Assembly: GCA_024137785.1 (NCBI GenBank)
Contig: JAHRHZ010000085.1
Coordinates: 13,661,272 to 13,725,271 of the forward strand
From: Ginglymostoma cirratum
Taxonomy: Eukaryota
Direction of reading: 5' to 3'
Length of the DNA: 64,000 nt
In this document: positions 35,885-47,600 of the stretch, piece by piece
How positions within the stretch are numbered: position 1 is the stretch's first letter
Layout: each line of letters begins with the position of its first letter
Notes under the pieces: generated by a model
What the model saw: only the letters and a program-made list of their open reading frames with translations
Database searches by the model: none
What the model was told of the DNA's origin: nothing
Position numbers and translations under genes: made by a program

Positions 35885-36929
35885 TTCTGTTTAAGTACAT
35901 GCATCTGTCTATGACCATTTCTACTTCAAAGTAAAACCTTGTCTGACTCGGGAACATACCATTTCTCATCTGTATCTGGACAGCCCCCAGTCAGTCTTTA
36001 GACAGGTAGTGTAATTTGGAAGGATTCTAACTGCTGGGTGAATGCTCAGGAGTTGGAGGCAAATCTTGCCAAACGATCAACTGCAGAGATAGCAACTTTT
36101 CCAAGACACTGGATGGAGCGCCTTCTTGGAGGTTTGTTCGTAAGGGCTTGCAACTTCCTCACTCTTCCATAAATGCCCATCTCTATTTTAGTAATTAGGA
36201 ATTAATATGGCTTCAAAGTGGAGGTGGGAGAGACAGGAATCACTGGGACATGGGGAAATCGCTGGTGATAGTCTTCATTCAAGAAACCATGATACTCATG
36301 TTGCCAGTGCAAATGTAAACCTTAATCTGTATGTTTTGCTCTATTTTCTTCCGAATATATAGTAATATGGGCCTAAAAGGGTGGTGACGTGCAGTGGCAA
36401 ATGGTGTCATCTTCTTTAACGCCAACACATTCTGTGTGAGCTTCACTTCAACTATCAAACAGAAGGCTGGAGTGTTGCTCAACTTCATCACTTGGCCAAG
36501 GACCTAGATTCCTGATTGTGTTACTTACACCAGCCAGGTATTTGTAGTTATCTGATTTTCAAATAACCTTTGTCAAAGCCTGATCAAGATCTTTGTCAGG
36601 AATAGCAATATTTTTACCTCAATACATTTGCCACTTACGTGTTAACAACTACAAGATTTTCCATTGATTCCCTTCCAACTGACCAACGACTCAGTCACAC
36701 TGCAATGAGAATCAATCCCCAACAGTCAGAATCACTGATGGGCAGGATGGTGCAAACATCATCCTCCAGGCTAACATTTCAGAGGGTCAATTGGAAAATG
36801 TTCCCAATCATCAATAACAACATATTCAAGCCTTTTAGTTGTTCTTATGTCTCTGTGGCAGTGATTAAAAGTCTCATACATATCTGAACACAGCACTTCA
36901 GACTGACAACTGTTTCTTTGTATGAACGT

Positions 36930-37270
36930 AGAACAAATAGATCATCCAACCCTTTGAGCCAATCCTACCATTCGATGAGAGCTGTGCCTCAACTCCACTT
37001 ACAGACCTTTGCTTGCTATTCCATAAAATGACTGATTCAATCTTGAAAGCTCTAATCCACCACACAAACTTTTGAGGAAAGGGTTTTCTAGGTTTTCACG
37101 ATCCTTAATGTGAGAGTTCTCCTTCATTTGAAAACTAATTAGCATAGCTGTAATTGTATGATCATGTTTTCTCACTCTTCGATGACCCACCTTCTCGCTT
37201 CCCAAGCCATCAAAACCTTTCAACATTTCTGATGCATCATGCGTCAACTCCCTTTCATTGTGCGAAGAAC
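36930..37270 (-). mobile_element. CR1 LINE 3' end (old)
   Basis: Reversed tail atcatccaaccctttgagcc...ccattc and decayed RT C-terminus (EMLKGFDG). Confidence 0.5.
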
Positions 37271-37511
37271 AGCTATTACGGAAGACAGCTAGCCTGGATT
37301 CTATTTTATGAGCCAAAAGTAAATTATTGGACTAATCTCATTCAATAAATTACTGTTGCATCCATTTAGAACCTTTATTTCAACCATTGCTGTCTTCCTC
37401 ACTGGTTGCTTGGGTGTAGTTCCCCTACAACCTAAACATTCCACATCTATATTGGGCCTCCAGTTCATCCATGTTAAGCAAGGTTGTGGTGTCAGCTTCA
37501 AACATCAACAG

Positions 37512-37630
37512 GCTTCTGAAAAAGGGTCACTGGATCCAAAACACTAACTCTGCAGACGCTGCCTGACCTGCTGAGATTTTACAGTAAATTTTGATTTTGT
37601 TTCTGATTTCCAGCTTCCAATGTTCTTTGG
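37512..37630 (+). mobile_element. Older Penelope-like terminal fragment
   Basis: ttctgaaaaagggtcactggatccaaaac...gctgcctgacctgctgag...tgtttctgatttccagc. Confidence 0.6.
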
Positions 37631-38789
37631 CTTTTTTTTAAATCAACAGGCTTAATGATTGTGTATTCTTTACAAATAAGATGCACATAATCCTGACAGG
37701 TTCAATGAAAGAGCTTTCTGACAACAAAATGGCATTGTCTAATACTCACTCACAAGCTCCCTGTATCGGAACGTTTCATTCACTTATGTAATGACCCATA
37801 AAATCCCAAGCTGCAATAATTTTTTTACTTTAGATTGTCCAACAATGTATTTTTTTAATTCGCCCCATCCATTCATTTGGTTTCCACTTGCTCCTTGTAT
37901 CCATGGCAACCCTCCTCAGCCAGCAACGCAGATCGAACAGACAATTCAAGGAAACCACTTATGGGCTTTATGTAGCTTTTTGTCAATTCCATCATACTTT
38001 GGCATTTAGCTGATAGTTTTTTTTTCTGCTTGTTCATTGCTCCTTTCTTGTAGTTTACCTTATGTGGCCCAATTGCAAGAGATTAAATGGAAATATCTGG
38101 TTCCCCACCAACACATCAATAGTCCAGAATGGTCCTACCAACCAGGTTCTGCAGTCTCCATTCCACTCCTTTAACCAGTCCCACTTGCTCTCTGTGGCCA
38201 GTGAAATAATTTCAAGATCATCGCTCTTCCAACTTCCTTCCAACTTGCCTTGCTGTCTCCCTGCTCTCTTTCCCTCACTGATCCTCTTCTGTATTACAAG
38301 CAAATTTTGACCTTCCTTATGTTATTTATTTATTTTCCAGTGGAACAACCTGTATAAGACAGGACATTGAATGGGCTATTCAAACCGTGACCCCTCACCC
38401 CCGAAAAAACACCGACCCTCCCTTCCAGCGGATGTGTTTATCCACTCCACAAACTACTGCATGGACACTGAATATTCCAGGCTGGAAGGCAGCAGTTTTA
38501 GCTTCATCCAACCGAGGATGAATCTCTGCCAGAGAGGTGAAATACTGCACTACACCAACTGATTGGCACATGCTAACCTCGCAAAATTATTCATTAACTG
38601 CTATACCCAATATCACCTCCAATGAACCATTTTCAAAGGATCGTGAAAGAAGCTTAAATTGGGTCTGGCCTCCACGCTCCATGAGTTACAGTATCCCTAT
38701 TACTCTCTGACAGGTTGAGACTCTCTGTACAAGTTCATGGTGCCAGGCCCACATTCGGAACCAGAGGCGAGGCTAACGAGAAAACGGTC

Positions 38790-39030
38790 CCTCTTCAGGA
38801 TAGCCTCAGAATAAAAGGGGGCCAATTTAATTCTGAGATGAGGAGGAATTTCTTTAGACAAAGGATTGAGAGTCTTTGGAATTCCTTGCCACAGAGAGCT
38901 ATTGGGGGGCAGAGTCCTTGTGTATATTTAAGGTCGAGATATTCAGATTCTTGGTCACTCCTACTGAATAGCGGAACATGCTTCAGGGACCGAACAGCCC
39001 ACTCTTGTTCCTGTGCATGTTTCTTCTGGT
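38790..39030 (+). mobile_element. CR1 LINE 3' end
   Basis: SLRIKGGQFNSEMRRNFFRQRIESLWNSLPQRA. Confidence 0.8.
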
Positions 39031-39769
39031 TCTCAGCAACAGAGAGATTTGGCACAGTAGAATTCCAATCAGTGCAAGAACACCCAATAGCTGACAGCAG
39101 CAACTAGAAGCACGGTCAGCAACAAGGACAAAATGGGCTCTGTGATTTCACGAAGGAACCTCCCTTTCAGATCTGACCCTGCTGCTAATAAAATCTGCAC
39201 AGTGCAGCCTATTAAATAAATATTAAACTAGTGCACAACACAGCTGGTTTTTTTTTTGAGAGATAAATTATTCAGTCAGTTACAGATGCCACATTAAATA
39301 ATTTAAGTAACTATATAAATCCACAATGTATTTTTCTGCCAGGGCTAAACAATCACACCAAAGAAGCAGCAAATACAGCCACCACATTCCAGTATATAAC
39401 AAAACTGTCAAAAGCCTACCTGCCCTGCACTATTAAGGTGGACTGAATTACAACACCATTGTATTAAGTTAAACTACTGAATGTATTGGGCAAAGAGACG
39501 GTTGCAGTGGATTTTGAACAGGTAGTCATCAAATAAACTCATGTGTGAGCCTCACAGATGAGCCACAGAATATTTAAGTGAAAATAGTCATATTTTCAGC
39601 TCCTGGGATCTGGGTGAAATGCTAAAATCCGGCACACTGATGCATGCACACTGTTGATGGCATTCCTACATTTGCTCCCAAGTGCAAGAATTTTATAATT
39701 TAGATGGGAATGTGCATTCAGAACTTAGGCACAATTCAGTAGGTGCATTTCACAGCTGTACAAACTGAG

Positions 39770-40141
39770 GAGACGGTGGTGTTTCGGGGATCTCGATGGA
39801 CCAGTAATCCAGGCTAATGTTCTGGGGACATTGGACCAAATGGTACCACAGCAGCTGGTGGATTTTAAATTCAATTCATAACTCTGGAATGAAAGTCCCA
39901 TCTCAGTTTTTGTGACAATGAAGCTATCCTGATTGTCGTGAAAATCCAGCTGTCTTGGTCCTTTTGAGATGAAAAGCTGCCGCCCTTACCTGCACTGGCC
40001 TCTGTGTAACTCAATACCCACAACGGCATGGTTAATTCTTAGCTGCCCTCTGAAATAGCCCAGCAAGCTACTCAGTTCAAGCGAAAGTAGGGATGGGCAA
40101 CACTGGTTTTCCGAGTGACATCCATACCCTATGAATGAACT
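39770..40141 (+). mobile_element. tRNA-derived SINE sharing its tail with the second LINE family
   Basis: Homologous along its length to 42956-43292; tail tagggatgggcaac...ccataccctatgaatgaa. Confidence 0.7.
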
Positions 40142-42955
40142 AGATTTGCACCAAATCTAGGTGAACCAGACTGACAACTCTATAATTTTTTTTTCGGAGA
40201 GCGCATATAATTAACTTCAGAGTCTGTCCCCTTTGAATATTTTTCTTGAGCAGCGCATGCCTGATAATTTAAAGGGTTGCCTTAGGTGCAGTTTGCACAG
40301 GGACTTTCGGCTATTGTGGGGCTGTCTGGCCGTACAGCCTGCTGACGACAATGGCTGATCCACAGGCTGCTCACCTTGTGGAAGTGGCTTCTCAATGGGC
40401 TGGATATGCAGCAGGACCCATGGATTTCAGCCTACCAGTAAGCAGTTTGGAAGTTACTCAACAGCTATTTATCGAAACAAAATTTTAAAATTCCCAGAAG
40501 AGAGATCAAAACATTTATTTGTTTCTGCAGTCTTTTGGTGGCAGCTCATCAATGGGGCTGCATGCAAGGTTCTAAGCTTCCAGCAATGCCCAATGCAGCA
40601 GCCAATGGGATTGACCTCTTTGTCCGTCACATGTGGAGGAGCTCAGAGCTCAACATGCACATCACAGCTCCTCACAGCAACACACACAACGTAATTTAAA
40701 ATCCGGTTCAATACAGTTAGCTTTCAGTTAACATGGAATCTGTGCGCAAAATGAAAAAGCACTAAAATGAAAATCCCTTTCCCAATAGAAAACATGTAAT
40801 AAAGACAGGTTATACTCCTGACCTGTAATTTCACATTAAAATCCTACTGGCTGTGTTGAACCAGACCGGTCTACAAAACCATCTCTTTACTCATTGCATG
40901 CTGAATGGATTTACCTCCTGTCCTGCCATTTCTCATGCACTGCTTGCTGGCCTTCTCAATGGTTTTCACAGGCCCCATGAAACTTTAAGAAAGCTTTGTT
41001 CTGAAAGTCTGGAGCAGGAAGGTACTTGAAAATTTAGAAAATCTACAGTAATAATGATTGAATTCCAGCTGTGAAATAATGGAAAACTTAAGATTACAAT
41101 TAAATGTTGGAATATTGTAATTCTCAGAGAGTTGTGGATCTTGGAGAAATAAGATATTTCTTTTCAAACTGGATTTGTCTCCTGGCATGGGAGTGGGAGT
41201 GGGAGTCTTCAGGTACATTAAAGCTATTGTGCCCTCTTGAGGTTTAATTGGTTTTTTGGCAATCTCACTAAAAGCTGCCTCAATTCCTTTCTGACATATG
41301 AATAATCAAGCTGGGGTGAACAATCAAACAATTGTGCTGCACGTGCCTTACTCGACATTGCTATCACTCATGAATTCTTAACAGGTGTAGTAAATAAGGA
41401 GCCTTCCTGCTGTGAGTGAGAGGGGGAGTGTTGAGAGGCAGACAGAGCGAGAGAGAACAAGTCAGAGTTCAAGTGCATATGAGGAGGAGGGTTAAGAATG
41501 TGTCAGACATTACAGACATTATTAATTTGCTGAGCTATTCTAATGTGTAGTAATTGGTAATTTTTAGTTTATTTGCATTTTCAAGCTGATATTTTGGTGT
41601 GTAGTAATCTCAATCATCAATTTCATATTAAACAATAATTTATCATCCCTTGGCTGATTTTAGGTCAATTAGCAAAAGTACCATCTGACATATATTCTTT
41701 GACAGTCTGAATGATTATATGCTGACCAACCTTTCACACATTAACAGTGATTTATAATCTTCAAAATAATTAACAATTATGAAGGTAAAAATGTTACATC
41801 TGAGTGCTTTTCACACTTGTTGGCCCCTTTCCTTCAGGTCTTCCTCTATGAGCAACTGAGCACACAGCAATTAGCTTCCAGGTCTGTACTGTCCTTCAGA
41901 CAACTGCAAGGCAATGAGAATATAGGCTGCCTCACAGAGAGTGACTTGCCTCTATTCTAGCTCTCCTGTTCGGTGAAGTGTCATTGCAAACTATACATAC
42001 TGGTTCACCAGAACCCACGTAGATTAGATTAAATAACAAAATTCATCATTGACAATAATATTTCCATTTATGATGTGAATGCAATTGGCATTATGCTCAC
42101 AAATCATCTGGTCAATCTTGAATGGTGACACTTTATATACAGTCACTACCTGATCCCCTCTCCAAGCATGTTATCATCAATTGAATTAACTCAGAACGGT
42201 GACGCTGTGGGAGTCAGGACCATGCTGGAATAGTTGCAGTGACTTAAAAATAGATGGATTGCACAAAGGAGAAGTTGATAGGGTGGGAGGAAATATTTAT
42301 GAAAGAGACTTGTTCACACCAGTATGGTCAAGTTGGGCCAAATGGTCTTTCTATGCTGTAAAATTCGAGGCAATTCTACACAGCGTGAGAGTGGATAAAA
42401 CAAGCCAAAACACAGAAATATTTCAACTAAGACCTGTGAAACATTCAGGGGGAAAGCTACCGATAATGACTGGGAAAAAAGCTGGAGTAATCTGCATAAT
42501 AAGTGAGGACTGATTGTTGTATGAGTTTTCCTCATCACAGACTTTCTTGTTGTGTGAGATTTTACACACTATTGGCTATCATGGGATGGGTTTGCTGCTG
42601 CGGGATAGGTTTGCTGCCACCAATTTCTTTACAGGGTCTTCTTTGGTCTTGTGTGGCAGAGGAGAACCCCTTGTTAGTCTCACGAGAAGAGGTTCTAGTC
42701 TTAAAGATGATGTGGCTTTCTGCAAATTATTAACTATGTATAAATTATGCTGACATGTTAGACGTTGCGACAGGGGCTGTGGGGTGAACTTGGATGGTGG
42801 GTCTTACCCCTACCAAATTTTGAGGTGTCCTTTCCATAAGAACATATGATATCATAGTGGGTGCTGCTTAAAGCACTCCTCAGTACTAACCCTTTCAGAT
42901 TCATGTGCCCTTTTGTAACAACAGTTGTCAGTCTGGGTTCAGCATTTTACTGCAG

Positions 42956-43292
42956 AGGCGACAGCCTAGTGGCATTACTGCTGGACTGTTAATCCCGAGA
43001 CCCAGATGATACTCTGGGGTTCTGGGTTCGAATCCTGCCATAGTGATGGTGGAATCTGAATTCAATAGAAACCTGTAATTAAGAGTTTAATAATAGCCAT
43101 TGTTGGAAAAACCTATCTGGATCATTAAAGACATTCAGGGAAGAAAATCTGCCATCCAAAATGTAGTTTGGCCTATGTGTGACTCCAGACCCATAGTAAT
43201 GTGGTTGACTCTTAACTACCCTCTGGGCAATTAGGGATGGGCAATAAATGCTGGCCCAGTCAGTGACGCCCTCGTCCCATGAACAAATAAAA
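42956..43292 (+). mobile_element. tRNA-derived SINE sharing its tail with the second LINE family
   Basis: Head gcctagtggcatta...gggttcgaatcc (B box); tail gcaattagggatgggcaataaatgctggcc...tcccatgaacaaataaaa. Confidence 0.8.
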
Positions 43293-43879
43293 GCAAAAAA
43301 GAATCACTGACTTTGTTCAGATACACAATGCAAAGTGGTCAGGTATGGTAGCTACCTGGAGGGTGCTGGAATTGAAGAAGGCAGCATAGAAATTCAAGAA
43401 TAAATTAAACAATCTACTTGAGTGGACGGAACAATACAAAATGAAACTGAATGCAAAGCGTAAAGCGTGGCACATGGGTAAGAAATGCAGTCAATATACG
43501 CATTCTGTGAATCATGTTGAAATGGAAAAAATGAAGCAGAAAGAAAGCCAGGAGTTTTTCAAAAGCCTCATGGCTCAACATTGCCACCAGGATACTTCAC
43601 AAATTGTTCCGAGTGGTACAATATAGGTCAGATGTCATCTACTAGTGGCATACAAGACGGTAAACAGTATGGAATGGATTAGTTCAACTTTTGTCTTAAA
43701 GTAAACAGGTGGAGGAGGGAACAAGGGTTCAGACTATGAAAGCTCAACCTCAGGAAGTTTTCTGCAGATGTATCACTATTTGTGGGATGGACTCAGAGTT
43801 GTAATGGATGTACAGTTTCATCAAATCCTTGCATAAAGAATTAAATACAGCAATTGCAAATATAAAGCGTGGTGTGTTC

Positions 43880-43980
43880 TGAACAACAGAAATTACTGGA
43901 GAAACTCAGCAGTTCTGGCAGCATCTGTGGAGGGAAAGCACACTCAACGTTTAGAGTCCAGTGACCTTTCTTCAGAACCC
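43880..43980 (-). mobile_element. Older Penelope-like terminal fragment
   Basis: ctggagaaactcagcagttctggcagcatctgtggag...gtccagtgacctttcttcagaac, the reverse of the 37512 type. Confidence 0.6.
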
Positions 43981-44127
43981 TTCTTGAGGGTTCTGGACAG
44001 ACAGGTTATAATAGGACTAATCATTTTCTAGGGTTATCTATCCCATCTGGAAGTATTTTGCTGGCAGGAGACCTGCTGCAAATGTCAGAGCCACTCCGGT
44101 GTTTCCCATTTCCTAAATCAGCATTGA

Positions 44128-44665
44128 CACCTTGGCTCCATGGAGCTCTTGTGGCACAGTGTTAGTGTATCTAGTTCTGAGCCTAGGAGACCTGTGTTCA
44201 AGTTCCACCTGCTCCAGAGGCGTGTAATAACAACTCTTAATAAATTGATTACAAAATATCAACAGCTTGTCTCAACGGTCTGGGTTCAAGGGACTTGAGC
44301 ATGTAGTCCAAGTTGACAGTTGAATGCAGTAATAAGGGAATGCTGCACCGTCAGAGGTATTGTCAATTAGATAAAACCCTGGTGTGAGATCCTGCCTGCC
44401 CATCAGCTAGGCATAAAAAAATTGGCAATACTTGTGTACACAAGAGCAAGAGCATTTTGCTCTGTTTCCAAGCTAATATTTATAACCAACACCCAAGAAA
44501 ACAGATTATCTCAAATATTACATTGCTGTTCTGTGATCTTACTGTGCACACATCCAATGCTGCATTTCCTATAACGCAACAATACCACACTTCAAAAAAT
44601 GCCTCACCGGCTGTAAAGTTCTTCAGGAACATCCTGAGGTTATGAAAGGTATTGAATAAGTCCAT
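44128..44665 (+). mobile_element. Deu-domain SINE with a short SINE (44142-44260) inserted in its head
   Basis: tgcagtaataagggaatgctgcaccgtcagaggt (Deu core) and tail ggctgtaaagttcttcaggaacatcctgaggttatgaaagg. Nested cttgtggcacagtg...gttcaagttccacctgctccagag. Confidence 0.7.
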
Positions 44666-46879
44666 GATCATGTTCATGCTTTCTTCAGACCATATCTTCA
44701 GGAATTCACATTAAATCGTTCTGGCATTTTGGTACCCATTGGAATAGCCCCCAGCCTAATGTTCCAATTAAGGAGCCTGAGGACTGTTGTGGATCAATAG
44801 GAAACAGCAAGGAGCAATGAACAATGCAGTGAAGAACGCCAGGTGGTATTAGATATAGTAGAAGCGTGGATTGTTGACCTGCATGGCAAGGTTCACTTAG
44901 AACAGCAACTAATTCATGGACAATAGTGTACCTTCATATTTTAAAAAGCAGAACAGAAAACACCATGAGAAGCAATCACGCTAAATGGAGCTCCATGCTT
45001 GCTGCTGGAACACAGAATATAACATATGATTTTTGTTAGACACACAAGTCTAAATTTCCTGGTCTGTAATTATTCCAACATTGCCATTCTTTTAAATGGG
45101 TGAATACTGGCCTGCTTACTGTGTAATTAAAGCAACATTCAGTTGCAGAAATTCTACCAGAACACATCAGAATCCTAATGGCTAACGGTACGAAATTTTT
45201 CTGGTCATAAAATACCACACACTGGGGCCTGAGGAAGAGAGATAATGACAATAACTGAGAGTCATCAGTTACCAGAAAGCTATAATAAACTAAAGGTCCA
45301 ATCTGAGGGCATCATTCTATTTAATAAGTTAGCCCTTCTGAATTGGGGTGCTACAATCACAAATTGGCAATTCAGTGGAAATTGAGGTGTATACTTTCTC
45401 CTTTTAGCTATTGGAGGAGTGGTCTGTACAAAAGACAACAAATTAAAGCACAAGCGCACTTTTAAAAATGGAGTGGTTTGGCAACATTGTACTGACTTCA
45501 GACAGCATTACTTACAGTATCATTTACAGTATAAATGACAGTGTGGATACCTGAGACCTTTGGCTCATGTCCACGTGAGTCTTGAATTGGTGAGCCATAA
45601 TCTATTCTAAAGCCGGTAACAATCACATTTTAGTGGGTTTGAACTGATATTCACGCCCACTAAAACCATTCAGGTAAACCAGAACAGCCTTTGCAATGAC
45701 CATCCCAAATTTTATGGACAATTCATAAGATTGTATCATGGAATAACAGACTGAGCCACAAAGTCACAGAAGATTAAGGATGGAGAAGGAGGCCATTTGG
45801 CCCATCGTACTTACACTGGCTCTTGAATGTGAATTATGAGTAAGTGGCCGTTCTCTTTTTCCCATAACCCTACGGTTTCTATTCCAGTAATGATCTAACA
45901 CCCTTGTGAATGGAGCACATTCAGGGGCTAACAAACAGCCAGTGCCTTGTTGATGAGAATTCCAAAAGACAGGAAGAGGAACAATGTACATTTTGCAGCA
46001 CCTTCACAGCCTCATGCTGTTCAGCACATCACTCAATTTTAACTCTCATCCAGCCAAGTGACGTAGAGAGTTTAGTCTGACCTGTTGATGAAACTAATTG
46101 TAAAAGTTGGACGATATTGACATGGAGCTGTCCAGCTACTCAACAAAAAAAAAGTCTGGGAAAATGGTGGGAAGAAGTGGGAAGATGAACAAAAAGCTGG
46201 CCAAGGTTAAATGCAAAGATAGTGGTTCTGGAGAAGTCCAGGCAGAGGAGGCAGTCACATTTCTTGCGGGGTGTGGAGAACACACACTTAGAAAGGCCTC
46301 TGATATACTTCCAACTTCCAGGTCTATTTTCACAGGCAACTGAATGTGGTTGAGGACAAAACATTATGTGCTTTCAAGAAGTAGAGAGTTACATCTTGAG
46401 ACTAAAGTGATCAAGGAATATGGGGGAGAGGGGGAGTGCGGTAATAACGCATTGAACCTGATGATTACTTTACTCCTGCTTCCTATTTTCTATCTTTCTA
46501 TGTAAGTGGCAAAAGAGTCCAATGGATGCCATAATGATGCTGTTTGCTTCTGAATGAGGTATGCCCAGAAAAATCATACATGTTAAAAATTGCAGCCAAG
46601 TGGGAATACTGCGGAATATTTCACCAATTTATTTTAACTGTTCATTTTTCGGATTAAAAAGATATGAAGCAATGGATCTGAGAGACAGGAGATGCTGGGA
46701 CTGTCACCCTTGAGTAGCAAGGCTAAGAGGAAGTTTATAGTGGTGCTCAAAGTTATGTAAGATTTCAATGACAGCACATAAGGAGACACATCTTATAGCA
46801 AAAGGATGGGCAACCAGAAGCTCCAGATGGAAGGCCAAAAAAAAAAAAGAGAAACACTTTTTAAGCAACGTGATAGAAT

Positions 46880-47600
46880 CCATGGTTACAAAGCTCGTAT
46901 TTTTGAGTCAGATTCTATTAAAAAAGGCAAACAGAGAAAGGAAACCAAGTTTAAAACTGAGACTGGAAACCAAAACTTCTGGAGAGACAAACTGGCTGAA
47001 ACATTAAAATAAAACACTGAAGCCAGAGAGCTCAGATGATCATTATCCAGAACAGGCAGGTTGAAGAAGATGAAGGCTAGAGCCAGAAGCTAAGAATCAG
47101 CAAACATTCAATTGCTGCACCTTTTCCTATGTTTTGCAGGTAACACTGTCATAAGCAGAGCTGAGCGCACTTCACAGATGTGTTTCAATTTGGGAAAAGA
47201 CATTGCTTGTGGAATTTGGGTTGATTGGCATTATTGTTGGCTGGGGATGAGGCTAAATCCTCGTAAAGGAGGAAATGAAATTCTTTCTGAAGACAGAGTT
47301 TTGGAGGACTTCACAACTGAGATTGATGTTGAGTAGACTGCTCAGCCAATTTGTAAGATCTATCTTACTCATATAAGACACTTCATGCGTAATTTCCAGT
47401 TTATGATCAGCAATTTGTCTGCCAATTCATGTTTCACTTAAGCTGATTCTAGGCTTTAGAGTATACAGGGTTTATCCAAGGTAATAGCTCATGTTTGCTT
47501 TTTTGACTCCTGTATAATAAAAAAAATTCATTTTAAACTGTGGAATCTGCAGCCTCATTTCTTCAATAAATAACTGGATTCTTGGATTCCTTTTTTTCAC
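46880..47600. mobile_element. Possible solo LTR or unclassified insertion splitting a CR1 3' fragment
   Basis: CR1-like sequence stops at ~46880 and resumes at ~47655 (cactgcctgaaatggtggtgcaagcagattca). The intervening block is LTR-like, with aataaa at ~47517 and ~47565. Confidence 0.3.

Noticed and set aside
46107-46343. Lys-rich 78-aa ORF as a retrocopy
   Set aside because: No recognisable homology, poly(A) tail or TSD; flanked by LINE debris.
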